Source of the DNA: Octopus vulgaris
Taxonomy: Eukaryota
Direction: 5' to 3'
DNA: 64,000 bases
NCBI GenBank assembly: GCA_951406725.2
Contig: OX597825.1
Location: 25,110,001 to 25,174,000 of the forward strand
How positions within the stretch are numbered: position 1 is the stretch's first letter; each line of letters starts with the position of its first letter. Shown in pieces: positions 38,149 through 50,794 of this stretch. The translations under genes and the position numbers were made by a program. Below the pieces are notes generated by a model. It searched no databases, was not told the origin of the DNA, and was given only the letters and a program-made list of their open reading frames with translations.

Positions 38149-38334
38149 AATATATATATATATATATATATGCCTCAGGAACTGATGCAAGTTATCTTGT
38201 TTGTCTATGACTTCCAGGTGTTGTTCTCTGATGCCTATAATCACAGCCTGCCCATGAACTAGCAAAACACATACCTTGTGTATGTGTGTTCGACATTGTT
38301 TATATCCCTCAGGCTGCTTCTCATTCATATTTGA

Positions 38335-38376
<42 letters not shown>

Positions 38377-38385
38377 ATATGTTAC

Positions 38386-38448
38386 AGATAACCGAAGAGA
38401 TGGTGTTGTGGATTTCCACTTCGGCATCTGAAACTCAGAGTTTTATCT
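38386..38448 (+). ncRNA. Type-I hammerhead-like fold (U4C)
   Basis: agataa-CCGAAGA-gatg...catc-t-GAAA-ctc-a-gag-TT-ttatct; 6-bp stem I. Confidence 0.6.
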
Positions 38449-38554
38449 TGACTATTGAGTAATTGTAACATATTATTTTATAGATAAATTTCCTCTATTT
38501 ACATAATATTGAGGTCTCTTTCTTTCTTTTGTTATCTTATCGTTTTTACCAATA

Positions 38555-38820
38555 TCTCTTATTATAAAAGGCAGATTTTATCTGCCTCCCTTTGGGAGTT
38601 ATACAAATCTACAATATAGGATTTCTTCAATTACAATTTACCTTGCATTTTTAAGAGTACAATGCATCGCGTCATGCCAGGTCCAGTTTTTAAAATTTAA
38701 ACTCCAGTTAAGCAAAATTTACAGAAAACTCACATTCTGGTGTGTGTGTCAAATGCTTTTCTTAGTCTGGTTTACAGCACACGCAAACGCACACACACAG
38801 TGGGCAACGAATAAAATGAA
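38555..38820 (+). mobile_element. Helitron-like 5' segment
   Basis: A|TCTCTTATTATAAAAGGCAG start; near identical to 45424-45690. Confidence 0.7.
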
Positions 38821-39054
38821 AGTAATTGACTTACTGTAGTGAGTGATTCTTTCACTCTGCCCCCCACTTCCTCTTTCCACACAGACACGCAAATATATAA
38901 ATAAAATTGTAAGCTAACGTGCATGTGTGTGAGTGGGTGTGTGTGGGTGTGCGCGTGTGTGTGTGTGTGAGGGTGCGTGTGTGTGTGTGTGCATGAGTGT
39001 GTGACAGGAAAGTTTTTTTACGACGAATATAACACCTATATCCAAGTAGCAGAA

Positions 39055-39535
39055 AGATAAGACAGTAAGGTGTGATTTGAGGGAGATTTGGCTGCTATTT
39101 CTACCATGTCTAGCTGCCATGTAGGGGTCTCCCTCATAGGCTCATACATACATATATACATAGATAAGACAGTAAGGTGTGATTTTGGGGGAAATTTGGC
39201 TGCTATTTCTACCAGGTCTAGCTGCCATGTAGGGGTCTCCCTCATAGGCTCATACATACATATATACATAGATAAGACAGTAAGGTGTGATTTGGGGGAA
39301 ATTTGGCTGCTATTTCTACCAGGTCTAGCTGCCATGTAGGGGTCTCCCTCATAGGCTCATACATACATATATACATAGATAAGACAGTAAGGTGTGATTT
39401 GGGGGAAATTTGGCTGCTATTTCTACCAGGTCTAGCTACCATGTAGAGGTCCCCCTCATTGGCTCATATATATATACATACATAAGACAGTAAGGTGTGA
39501 TTTGAGGGAGATTTGGCTGCTGTTTCTACCAGGTC
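39055..39535. repeat. ~107-bp tandem repeat, ~4.5 copies
   Basis: gataagacagtaaggtgtga at 39056, 39163, 39271, 39378 and (cataag...) 39481. Confidence 0.95.
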
Positions 39536-39901
39536 TGTTAGGCCTTCTCATGTAAACTCAAGCTTTCTCATGCCTTCAACATATGACCAAAGCAGAGAAT
39601 GTATTCTTTTATTCTTCTGCTTTTTCCAGCCATTGGTCTGTGGCCATGCTGGGGCAATGCCTTGAAGAATTGTAGTTTAATGAATCAACTCCAGTTTTAT
39701 TTTTGTAAGCATTGTACTTATTCTATCTGTTTCCTTTGTCAAACCACTAGGTGACAGGGATGTAAACAAACCAACATTCGTTGTCAAGCAGTGGTGGAGG
39801 ACAATCACAAGCACAGACACGCACACACACACACATACATGCATACACATATACACACATACATACATACATACATATATATATATGTGTGTATATATAT
39901 A

Positions 39902-40160
39902 TTGCAGCGTGGAAGGTGTTTGTAAGCCATTTAAGAAACACACAAAAACCGTTACATTCACTTCAACATTTAAATTTAATTTGCCAAAATATTTTCGTCG
40001 CTTTCAGACCGCGACCTGTTCACTGACAAAAATATCGTGCTAACAGGTCGCGGTCTCAAAGCGACGAAAATATTTTCACAAATTAAATTTAAATGTTGAA
40101 GTGAATCTAACGGTTTTTGTGTGTTTCTTAAATGGCTTATAAACACCTTCAACGCTGCAA
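39902..40160. repeat. Inverted repeat (~119-bp arms, 21-bp spacer), PLE-tail-like
   Basis: ttgcagcgt...gcgacctgtt / aacaggtcgc...acgctgcaa. Confidence 0.9.
39980..40030 (-). ncRNA. Type-I hammerhead fold with G3-C8 core swap
   Basis: tttgtca-GTGAACA-g-gtcgc-ggtctgaaa-gcgac-GAA-aatatt-T-tggcaaa. Confidence 0.6.
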
Positions 40161-40320
40161 CTGTTTTCGTTCCAGCACACGATCTCAGATCAAGTCACTT
40201 GCTATGCAAGTACATCTCTGTAACTATATATATATTTATATATATATATATGTATATTGGTAAAAACAGTAAGATAACAAAAGAAAGAAAGAGACCTCAA
40301 TATTATGTAAATAGAGGAAA

Positions 40321-40715
40321 TCTTTATATATAAAAGTGAGGTTGTGTGTCTGTCTCCTACGATTTAGATTCCTAACTACTCCCACATTTTGCGGTGCAGT
40401 TTAACCAAAACCGGGTATCTTATAGTCGTGATTCATATCGAGACCGTCTGGGTATTAGCGCGCGTCTACGATGAGTCTACGATTTAAAAAAAAATTTACC
40501 ATCAATTTTTCCCATTTTTAATCCATTTTTGACATATATAAGGGAAGGAACTCTCTAAAATTTATTATTAAATCTCAGAACGTAAAAAGCTACAGTAACA
40601 CCCCTCCCCCTTTGTGGTTAGCCATATTGAGATGGCTATTATACTTTACATCTCTAAAAATGCTTATATAATTATTTCCCTTACAAACCCGAGCAACGCC
40701 GGGCGATACTGCTAG
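40321..40715 (+). mobile_element. Non-autonomous Helitron
   Basis: A|TC...cccgagcaacgccggg...CTAG|T; same family as 29731-30125. Confidence 0.9.
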
Positions 40716-42134
40716 TATATATATATATATATATCAATGAGACACCAGTGTTATTCAAACATAGTCCAAATTGTTCCCTTATCATCCTCATTAACAGAAA
40801 TGCAGTGACCTAGAACCCTACATTAAAAAAAAAAGCAAAAAACAATTTAAAAAAAAATTTAAACAAGGCCCACATAGCAAATCTAGTTTCCGCTACAGCC
40901 CACAAAAACCAGAGAACCTTATGCTAATGCCCTACAAAGAAGGCCTGAGTTTAACAGCTAAGTTGTGAAAAATAAAGTCGTTTGTTTTGATCCAAGAATG
41001 CTTGTTTTCACTTTACCAGAAACTGATGGCCTGGTTCTATATTCTGAAACAAATGTAACTGTTAACCCTTAACATATTCAATTACATACTTTTTACTGCA
41101 GCAGCACCATGAGGGACATTCTATGTGGTCATTTGAACTGTTAGAAATAGTAGCCAAATTTCTCTCAAATCACAGTCTACTGCCTTATATATTGAAAAAG
41201 CACATTGGGACAATTGAGTCATAGATATGTCTAAACAGATAGGAATGGTCAGGGCTAGAAGCAACAAAAACTCTATCATTTTACGAGGCCCTGCAAGGAG
41301 ATTCATAGGGGGTACTCATTTTTCCTAAGTTACAACAAATTGTATTTTAAACATGCAGTTCTCTCCCTCACCACATTATACTAGCAAACCACCTACTCTT
41401 TATACCTCTTCCAGCTAAGATAACAAATCTAAGTAGATATCAAGTTTCTGGTAATACGTCTTCGAGAAGCACTGCGTTATTGACTACATCACCCCCACCA
41501 CCTTTGTCTCCCTGTCACAGGTGGTGCACTAGTCCAGCTATAGAACTGGTTGGCAGCAGTTTAACATATGCAAATAAGCTCTTATGCATGTCCAGTTGGC
41601 TTGCCACCCAGTTCTTATGCAGGTATACCTGGGTAGCCTTCCATTATTTATATATATCTGGGTGGCCTCACATCTGTTAGCTGTCTGTCAATCTCCCTCT
41701 CATTTCAGAAGAATTTCATTAAACATATATCCTTCATTAAACATATATCCCTCTTTAAGATCTCTATCTAAATAATTATGTACACACACACACATGTTTA
41801 ACGACCATCTGTCCCATGCAAAATAAATGATTTTTTTTTTCAGTAAATCTGTTGACTCAGAGCAAATGCTATTGTTATTTAGCCCCAGGTGATCCCTGAT
41901 CAGGTTGATCTAAGACAAAAGGTATTTCAACCAAGACCATCTTGTCTTATTGTATATCCTTGTATATCTAAAACTACATAATTCTATATACTCTTTTATT
42001 TTCTTCTTTTCTTTTTCATTTGGTCCGAGGGAATCTGGCAAGCACCTCAAGCAGTTCAAATGAGGTCCCACCATTAACTCATAGAATCTGTACAAATTTA
42101 GACGTTACCCACATTCTATTCTTAATTTTAATCA

Positions 42135-42520
42135 ATCAAGATGAGGACAGCTGTGTGATGAAGTGTCACACCCTAACAGCAAGATCTGAGATGAGGTGGT
42201 GAAGCACAACCTGCAAACATTGGGCCTCACAGAGGCAATGACAAGCAACCGAGACCTTTGGAGATATGCTGTGCTTGAGAAGACCCAGCAAACCAAGTGA
42301 GATCATAGCTGTGACTGATGCCTGTGTCACATAACCAGCCCATTTAAGAGTACCCTTCAGGTGTCAGGCAATATGCTGTGCTTGTGAAGACCTGTTGAGT
42401 CAAGTGAAATTGTTGTCATGGCCGATGCCAGTGTCGCCTGAAGGGCACCCGTGCCAGTGGCACATAAAAAGCACCATTCAAGCATGGTCGATGCCAGTGC
42501 TGCCTGACTGGTTCCCTTGC
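42135..42520 (+). mobile_element. RTE LINE ORF end and 3' UTR fragment (older)
   Basis: DEDSCVMKCHTLT..., ...LGLTEAMTSNRDLWRYAVLEKT matches ORF 22609-22872. Confidence 0.85.
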
Positions 42521-43271
42521 TTTATATTAATTTTTTCTATCTCTTAATAAAGAAGGTATGTCATTTATAGGCTCATGTATTTGGCCTTGTCACATTCTGT
42601 GTCATACTGAATCTCTCCAAGGACTGTGTTAAGGGTACATTTATCTGTGGAGTGCTCAGCCACTTGCACGTTAATTTCACAAGTAAGCTGTTCCATTGCT
42701 TGGATCAACTGGAACCTTCGTCGTCATAACTGAGTGCTAGAAGAATCAAGAGAAGGAAGTGGCCAAAACTCCATAGACTGGTGGGAGGGAGAAAGGGAGG
42801 TATCCACGGGCCAAAGATCTGTTGTGAACCTGAAAGTTTACAACAGAGTGGACACCACTAAAAATACCCAAAGTGTCCAGTGTTGGTGTAAAACGAGGCG
42901 ATGGATTCAGTCAAACACCCAAATATGCCATGGAAGGATTTGAACATATAAAAAAAAAAAAAAAGAAAAACCACAAGGTACCTGGTCGAATGTTTTTTCT
43001 ACATTGGTACTTGATCTAGACTGATTATTAAGCTAAGGAGTATTTTTACATACAACCAAATATGCTTTCTAGCTTTTGATACCATGTTACCCTTGGAGTC
43101 TTTCATTAACCACAGTAAAGCTTTCGACAATGTTGATCATAGAATACTCATAAAACAAACTTATATATATATAACGGGAAGGTTTACGAAAATAAACAAA
43201 AGACGAAGGCAGGTGGAGTACAAACAAACAAATGTATTAGTATGGCACTCAGGAATAGAAATAGAACAAGT

Positions 43272-43307
43272 CTTTTACGTTTCGAGCCTACACTCTTCAA
43301 CAGAAAG
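43272..43307 (-). ncRNA. Minimal hammerhead-like fold (A6U variant)
   Basis: cttt-CTGTTGA-a-gagt-gtag-gctc-GAA-acgt-A-aaag in a short element at 43170-43366. Confidence 0.55.
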
Positions 43308-44068
43308 ATACACAGAAAAAAAAACAAGGAGAGAAAAAAATGCGTGTAGGAGCTAACGATCTATCATGGGGTGGTGTGTTGTGATGTGTAATGTTGTATG
43401 GTGTAGTGTAGTGTGGTGTGATGTTGTGGGGAGGTGGGAGAGGCGAGAGTGGGGAAAGCACAGGTATATATATATATACGATGGGCTTCTTTCAGTTTCT
43501 GTCTATCAAATCCACTCACAAGGCTTTGGTTGGCTCAAGGCTACAGTAGAAGACACTTGTCCAAAGTGTCACGCAGTGGGATTGAACCCAGAACCATGTG
43601 GTTCAGAAGCAAACCTCCTGCATATATTAATGATATTCACCATCATAAAGTTCCACTTCTAAATGTTATCAAGGCTGCCGATCATATGAATCTTTTTTTA
43701 GCATGTAAAGACAACTGCACATTATTCAAAGAAATGAACAATCAATAATCACCAATAAATGACTGGTATTCAGGAAATAAGCTTTTTCTGAATGTAGATA
43801 AAACTAAGTACACTCTAATCTGTTCATCAGCTAATGATGATCTGCCTTTACAACCCCCAAAACTTCACTTTGGCTCAAAAGAAGTCAAACCGTCCAGGTA
43901 CACAAAGTTTCTGGGAATTGTTATTGATGAAAATTTGAATTGGAAATTACACATTCAAACAACAGAATCCAAACTATTGACACAAATCAGAATAATCTGT
44001 CAGGACTTAAGGCTTTGAACAACAAAGTGATGAATATGTTATATTTTCCTTTTGTTAATCCATATTTG

Positions 44069-44367
44069 TTCCTTCTTAAGCCATGCCTGGCTCATTAGGG
44101 CCGGTTTCCCGGTTTCCTTGGCATATAGGTTCCCCACCTGGGTGGGATGCCGGTCCGTCGCAGGTGAGCTGCAAGATGCAGGAGGAAAGAATGAGAGAAA
44201 GTTGTGGCGAAAGAGTCAGCAGAAGTTCGCCATTACCTTCTGCCGGAGCCATGTGGAGCTTAGGTGTTTCACTCATAAACACACACATCGCCCGGTCTGA
44301 GATCTGAATCCGCGAACCCTTGACTGCGAGTCCGCTGCTCTAACCACTAGGCCATGTGCCTCCACTA
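44069..44367 (-). mobile_element. tRNA-derived SINE family D
   Basis: Minus-strand head ggcacatggcctagtggttagagc; 12-bp TSD aatccatatttg (44057-44068, 44368-44379). Confidence 0.85.
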
Positions 44368-45423
44368 AATCCATATTTGGTATATTCTGACCTAGCCTGG
44401 ATAGTATCAAGAAGTCAAAATTAAGTAAACTTCATACTTTACGAAAACATGCAGTCAAGGTTTAATCAAAAGCTCCCAGAGGATCCCACTCCCAGCCTTT
44501 AATGCTTGATACTGAAATGCTAAACATTTATGGAATATATTTGGCTGCTCACTTGAGACCAATGTACAAAGTTTTATCACAATTTTACACCAAAATGTGT
44601 TCAGGAAAAATTTATAAAGAATATTCGCAAATATCTGATGAAGTATTTATTCTAGGGCAACATTCAAATGTAATAGTTATGGCATAACAAAATTGAACAA
44701 ATTCAGTTGCAGCTACCATGGACCAATTGTCTAGAATTATTTTGTGTGCAAAGATGCAACTCTCCCAAACTCAAGAGATGTACAAAAAATGTTAAAAAAA
44801 TGTTGTTGAATAATTGACAAACATGTTTGTGATAAAACCCTACCATTTTTAGTAACATAAAAAACATATTTTAAAATTTGTAAATAGAATTTAATAGTGA
44901 TTTTGCATAAAGTGCTCCAATTACAGGACCTCAGGAAAAAGGCTGATAATTTTTCACTAACTTTTTTAATGGTCTCACTAGCCTGAAAAGCGCATCATGC
45001 AACTTTTTTTATATTTAAATTTTATATATAGCTCGTAAAATAAAATAAAAATATAAGAAACACCTTGGAAACAAGACTTAAACCTGTTTGTTTCTTGGAG
45101 CTGGGCAACATTATGTGTCTTTTCAACAGGTTCAATGACAATAGAATGGTTGTGCTTAGCTTTTAACTCAGGACCATGGGATATTTTACACAAGGTATTT
45201 ACGCAACATTGCACAAAAACAGGAAATAAGTAGCTTTATAATTTCATTTTTATCATCTACAACTCGTTAATGTAGATTTACATGACAAATTAACTTATTT
45301 ACATAGTATCTTGTTTACTGCTCTGCTAGAGATAGCAATCAAATGTTCCTCAAATCACAGCACAGTGTTATTGAGGACACAGAAGGCAATGTAATTGACC
45401 TAAATAGATATGTTGTGTTTGAA

Positions 45424-46599
45424 TCTCTTATTATAAAAGGCAGATTTTATCTGCCTCCCTTTGTAAGTTATAGAAATCTACAATATAGGATTTCTTCAAT
45501 TACAATTTACCTAGCATTTTTAAGAGTAGAATGCATCGGGTCATGCCAATTCCAGTTTTTAAAATTTAAACTCCAATTAAGCAAAATTTACAGAAAACTC
45601 ACATTCTGGTGTGTATGTCAAATGCTTTTCTTAGTCTGGGTTACAGCACACGCAAACGCACACACACAGTGTGCAACGAATAAAGTGAAACTAGATGTAA
45701 TATTTGTTTCTGTCTATCACGCTGATAGATACATGAGTAAAATGTATGGGAAGCTAACAGATAAGAGTGAGTGAAAATGTTCTTGGAAGAGAGTAAATTA
45801 GCGACAGAGTGATTTGAGGAAGACTAAACTGAAAGTATGAAACAGTGTTTATGTATAAACAGACGACACTTATATAAACCCTTTCGTTACCAAACCGCCC
45901 GAATTTACCTATTCATATTTAAATGAGAATATCAGAGTAAATCTCTTTAGTACATTCGTGAAAACACGTATTATACTTCGTAAACACTTCAAATACAGTT
46001 TTGTACAAAAATCGAAGTGTAATTTTAATTCCGTGAATTATGGGAGATTTTTTTCCGAAATTTGTTCCTATTGTGTTTTCAAAATTTGTAATTCTGACAA
46101 AAAATGGATACGAATTTCATTATATCAAGCAGCGAGTCAGAATTCGAAGGATTTTCTACTGAAGACCTTCATAAATCTAACTCTATGACTGAAAAAAAAA
46201 AAGCATCTTTATATAAGAGTGAAGTTGTGTGTCTGTCCCCTTCGATTTAGATTCGTAACTACTCCACATTTTGCGGTGCAGTTTAACCAAAAGCGGGTAT
46301 CTTATAGTCGTGATTCATATCGAGCCCTTCTGGGTATTAGCGCGCGTCTACGATGAGTCTACGATTTTAAAAAACTTACCATCATATTTTTCCATTTTAA
46401 TGCATTTTTTTCGCTTTTATATAAGGGAAGTAACTCTCTAAAAATATCTACGATGTGTCAACGATTTTAAAAAAAATTTACCTTAATTTTTTTTCAATTT
46501 TTAATGCATTTTTTTGCTATTTTTTGGCTATAACTCTCTAAAAATGTTTATATAGTTATTTCCCTTACAAACCCGAGCAACGCCGGGCGATACTGCTAG
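45424..46599 (+). mobile_element. Composite Helitron (two 5' ends, 45424 and 46206; one 3' end)
   Basis: A|TC at both starts; hairpin + CTAG|T at 46599. Confidence 0.75.
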
Positions 46600-47344
46600 T
46601 AAAAGATAAAAGACAGGCGGATTAAAGATGGAGTGCTTTCATGATAAGTCTGTTTGATCAACAGAGGCCTGAGAGTTAGAAGGGACAAGAACAATAAACA
46701 ACAACAGTGCAGCTGGATAATTCAACCATATGTACTTTTAAGTCAGTAGGTGGATCTTGAAATAATCAGCTGCTATTTCTAGCTAACTGAGCAAGTGTAA
46801 TCAGGGGCTGGTATAATAACCCCATCTGGTATATCTTGGGTATCTTTAGCAACGTCCGGTGAATTGCAAGCATTGGGGTCAGGTCTGTAGTTCCAAGGCT
46901 ACTTTTCTCTCTCCTAGCAATCTTAAAGGCCCTCCAAAGAATCAGGAATACTGGCTGCCCACCACCCCTTGTTCTGTGATGGAAACTTCCAGCTTTAGGG
47001 CAATCTTCTTTCTAATTTCGATCTACCAAATTGACCTACATGACTTTCATCAGCCTGGGGCTATAGTAGAAGGGGCCTCAACACAAAATCGTGTGGTTGG
47101 GAAGAAAACTTCTTACCTACACAGCCACACCTGCACCTGGCCAATACAGAAACAAGAGGGTCAAAACACATTTTGCTGAGTACATGGTCCTTAGTTATGG
47201 TCCCTTGTCCTTCAGCATTTAAGCAAACCTCTATGACCACAAAACTCCATATATTTACAAGATAACCAGGAGAATCAAAGACACAACGGTCAAGTTGCTA
47301 CTGTTGCTGTTTAGCTCCAGGAGTGTGCTTATCAAGCAAGACAT

Positions 47345-47997
47345 ATCATCATCATCATCATCATCATCATCGTTTAACGTCCACTTTCCATGCTAGCATG
47401 GGTTGGACGATTCGACTGGGGTCTGGGAAGCCAGGAGGCTGCACCAGGCCCAGTCTGATCTGGCAGTGTTTCTACAGCTGGATGCCTTTCCTAATGTCAA
47501 CCACTCTGTGAGTGTAGTGGGTGCTTTTTATGTACCAGGCGAGGCTGGCAACGGCCACGATCAATTGGTGCTTTTTACGTGCCACCGGCATGGAGGCCAG
47601 TCGAGGCGGCGCTGGCAACGGCCACATTCGGATGGTTCTTTTACGTGCCACTGGCACTGGTATCACAACTGCAATTTCCATTATTTTTTATTGATTTCGA
47701 TTTCACTTGCCTCAACAGGTCTTCGCAAACAGAGTTTTGTGTCTCAAGAAGGAAAGGTATGCATATGTGGACTGGCTACATCCCAGGTTGAGGCCACAGG
47801 TTATGGTCTCACTTGTCCTGCCGGGTTTTCTCCCGCACAGCATATTTCCAAAGGTCTCGGTCACTAGTCATTGCCTAATGTTCGAAGGTTGTGCTTCACC
47901 ACCTCATCCTAGGTTTTCCTGGGTCTACCTCTTCCACAGGTTCCCTCAACCGCTAGGGTTTGGCACTTTTTCACACAACTATCTTCATCCATTCTCG
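47345..47997 (-). mobile_element. RTE LINE 3' end incl. ORF C-terminus
   Basis: Matches 22123-22810. Confidence 0.9.
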
Positions 47998-48723
47998 TCA
48001 CAAAAGATATTCCATCCATGACATTCCACCCATTTTCCTTCTTTTTTTCCTTTTCCTTTTTTTTTTTTTGCAAGATCACATTAAGAACGTTTACTTTGTT
48101 TTTAAGCAGGTAGCGTGTTATGTAAGTGCATGTGTGTGTGTGAGAGGGGTGGGGGAAGTAGCTGAGAAGGAAGTGAATCTAAGTGAGAATTAAATGTTGA
48201 AAAGTTACGAAAAGAAAAAATATGAAAAAAAAAGGAGAAAAAAAAGGTAGTTGTCAAAATGACAGACAGATTATGTCAGCCAACAGAGTTTACAGATGCG
48301 TCTCTAATAACACAAATGAAATTTCATAGCCATAACCCCCCTCCTCCGCCCTACCTCATCTGCCACACACCACTCTCACTGCCACCAACACCATTTCTGG
48401 CTGTTCACCAACACAGTTGACCTACCATCTGTGAGTCAACAAGTCACTACACTATTTACATGGTTGTTAAACTTGTTAGGAATATTGACCAAACTTTCTC
48501 CAGATTACACCTGGCTGTCTTTAACAAAAAAAAACAAAAAAAAAAACAACAAAAAAAATGAAATGATGCATTGTATGATATAATCGTAAATATATTACAA
48601 TGCCAAAGAAAGAAAATAAAAAGAGATGTTCATGGTTGGAATGCTTTTCATCACAGAGCTATTCATTCAGAGCTGGCTTGGGGCCAACCAACATTTCGTA
48701 TATCTGTGAAAAAGGACCATCAA

Positions 48724-49060
48724 CATCATCATCATCATCATTGAAATTCAACATCCATTTTCCATGCTGGTTTGGGTTGGCCAGTTCGACAGGAGTTGGC
48801 AAGGCCGGAAAGCAGCACCAAGTTCCAATTGTCCATTCTGGCATGGTCCCTACAGTTGGATGCCCTTCCTAACACCAACCACTTTACAGAGTGTACTGGG
48901 TGCTTTGTACATGCAGCAGCACAGGCACTTTGTATGTGTCACCATCACAGGTTTCCTCACATGAAGCACAACCACAAGTGCTTTTTACATGGCATCAGCA
49001 TGGGTGCTACCATGTGGCAGTGGCACAAATGGATTTTTAATATGACACTTAAACAGGTGC
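48724..49060 (-). mobile_element. RTE 3' UTR fragment (old)
   Basis: (cat)n tail, ggatgcccttcctaacaccaaccac. Confidence 0.75.
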
Positions 49061-49217
49061 CTTTTGCATGGCTACAAAACTCAGATCACACTTCTTTCCA
49101 CTATATACATACTTTTTCCTTGCTACACACACACACACACAAACACAAATATATATCTAGTCATAAAACAATTATGAATTACTGAAGTATGGCCACTAAT
49201 AATTTTAAGCTGTAGTT

Positions 49218-49709
49218 CAGGGGTTCTCAACTAGGGTCCTTATGTTTTCTGAGGGCCCATATAAGATTTTTGAGGGTTCACACAACAAATTAGTTAATTG
49301 GGGATCACTGTAGTATTTTAAGGACCCTTGATAAAATTTTGCTTTAGATCTGTGTATTTCAAGAAACGGGTTTCTTTCTCTAATGTTTTGCATAGTTCAA
49401 CCTACACAAGTTAATGTGTAAAAAAAAAAAAAAGGAATTTTGAAAGAGGAGTGGTTGGCATTAGGAAGGGCATCCAGCTGTAGAAAAACTGCCAAATCAG
49501 ACTGGAGCCTGGTGCAGCCCCTATGGCTTACCAGACCCCGGTCGAATCGTCCAACCCATGCTAGCATGGAAAACGGATGTTAAATGATGATGATGATGAT
49601 GATGTTTCTATAAAACTAGTTTTTAAACATTGAATGGATACGGGGATCCACCAGAACAAAATAATAATCAAAGGAGCCCACTGATAAAGAAAATGGTCAA
49701 GAACCCCTG
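49218..49709. mobile_element. hAT MITE with nested RTE tail (49448-49603)
   Basis: TIR CAGGGGTTCT / AGAACCCCTG; degenerate 8-bp TSD ctgtagtt / ctgcagat. Confidence 0.75.
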
Positions 49710-50220
49710 CTGCAGATACTCATGCCGAACTCACGCCTCAACGGTGTTTGGAATTGACTGACAGAGATGAAAGCCAAAGATGATTTCAGCTGGATTTGAA
49801 CTTGCAATGTCAAGGTACATAACTAAATACCACAAGGAATTTTGTCTAACATTTCACCAGCACTGTCAATATCATCTGTAAATCATAAGAATAAGTAAAT
49901 GGCACCAGTTACAAGAAACAAAAAAGGGAATGGACTGATTCAACATGTCTTTCATTCTAAACAAGTTAAAAACACATATTTATTTAGAGAAACAGCTGCC
50001 AATGTAGGTATTATTGATTGTCAAACAATACACGTGCACTGTATACACACGCATATATATATTTTTATCAATATTTAGCAGAAGCAACAGAGTGATCCAA
50101 GGTCCAAGAGTTTCATGTGTTGGCATCTATATATATATATATTCAAAATATGACCGCGTGTGCACCATTGGCAATTTTTTTTCCTCTGTCTTCCCTTCTC
50201 TGGATCTTTCCTTTTCCTAT

Positions 50221-50255
50221 GTTTCTGACGAAGAGCTCAGCTCGAAATGTTAAAC
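50221..50255 (+). ncRNA. Minimal type-I hammerhead ribozyme
   Basis: gttt-CTGACGA-a-gagc-tca-gctc-GAA-atgt-T-aaac in a (TA)n-flanked element at ~50145-50360. Confidence 0.7.
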
Positions 50256-50794
50256 CCTCCTTCTTCCCTTCCTTCTTGAGCATCCAATAAAACTATATTT
50301 GTTCCACGTCCTCGCATTGTTGTGTTTTCTCTTTGTGTTTTCATGTTTGGATTAACTTTATATATATATACACACACATAAATAATAATAATATGGGTAG
50401 CTTCTTCACAATTTTACAACTGAGAGGCAGAAATATATACAACACAAAAGTGACCGACGGCACTAGTCAGCACCAGTATGGCCACAAGGAAGACTGGTTC
50501 CCTCATTGTCCAGGCATGATCAGATACAGTGATTTTGTATTTTTATTAATGCTCATCAGTGACTTTCACCCATTACCTCGGGTCAAACTCAACTCACCAT
50601 GTCAGTTTATAAGATTGTCATAGAAATCATATGCTTGCCTCTCTTGTCAGTCATTAAGATAAGTGCTTCATCGTGGCTATGAGTTGTTTTAACTCTTATT
50701 TCTAGCAATACTGGTGTTGAGTAGAGCTCTCAGTCACTTTAGTGCTGTATACACAAATGCACACACATGCACGCACACATACATACACACCAAG

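Larger units (their letters stand above)
43040..44750 (+). pseudogene. Decayed CR1/L2-group LINE RT, interrupted by nested elements
   Basis: FINHSKAFDNVDHRILI (~43100-43155); ADHMNLF...DWYSGNKLFLNVDKTKY...KFLGIVIDENLNWKLHI (~43675-43955). Confidence 0.7.

Noticed and set aside
50450-50515. Possible decayed hammerhead (accagt/actggt stem)
   Set aside because: Both core strands are too degenerate to support a call
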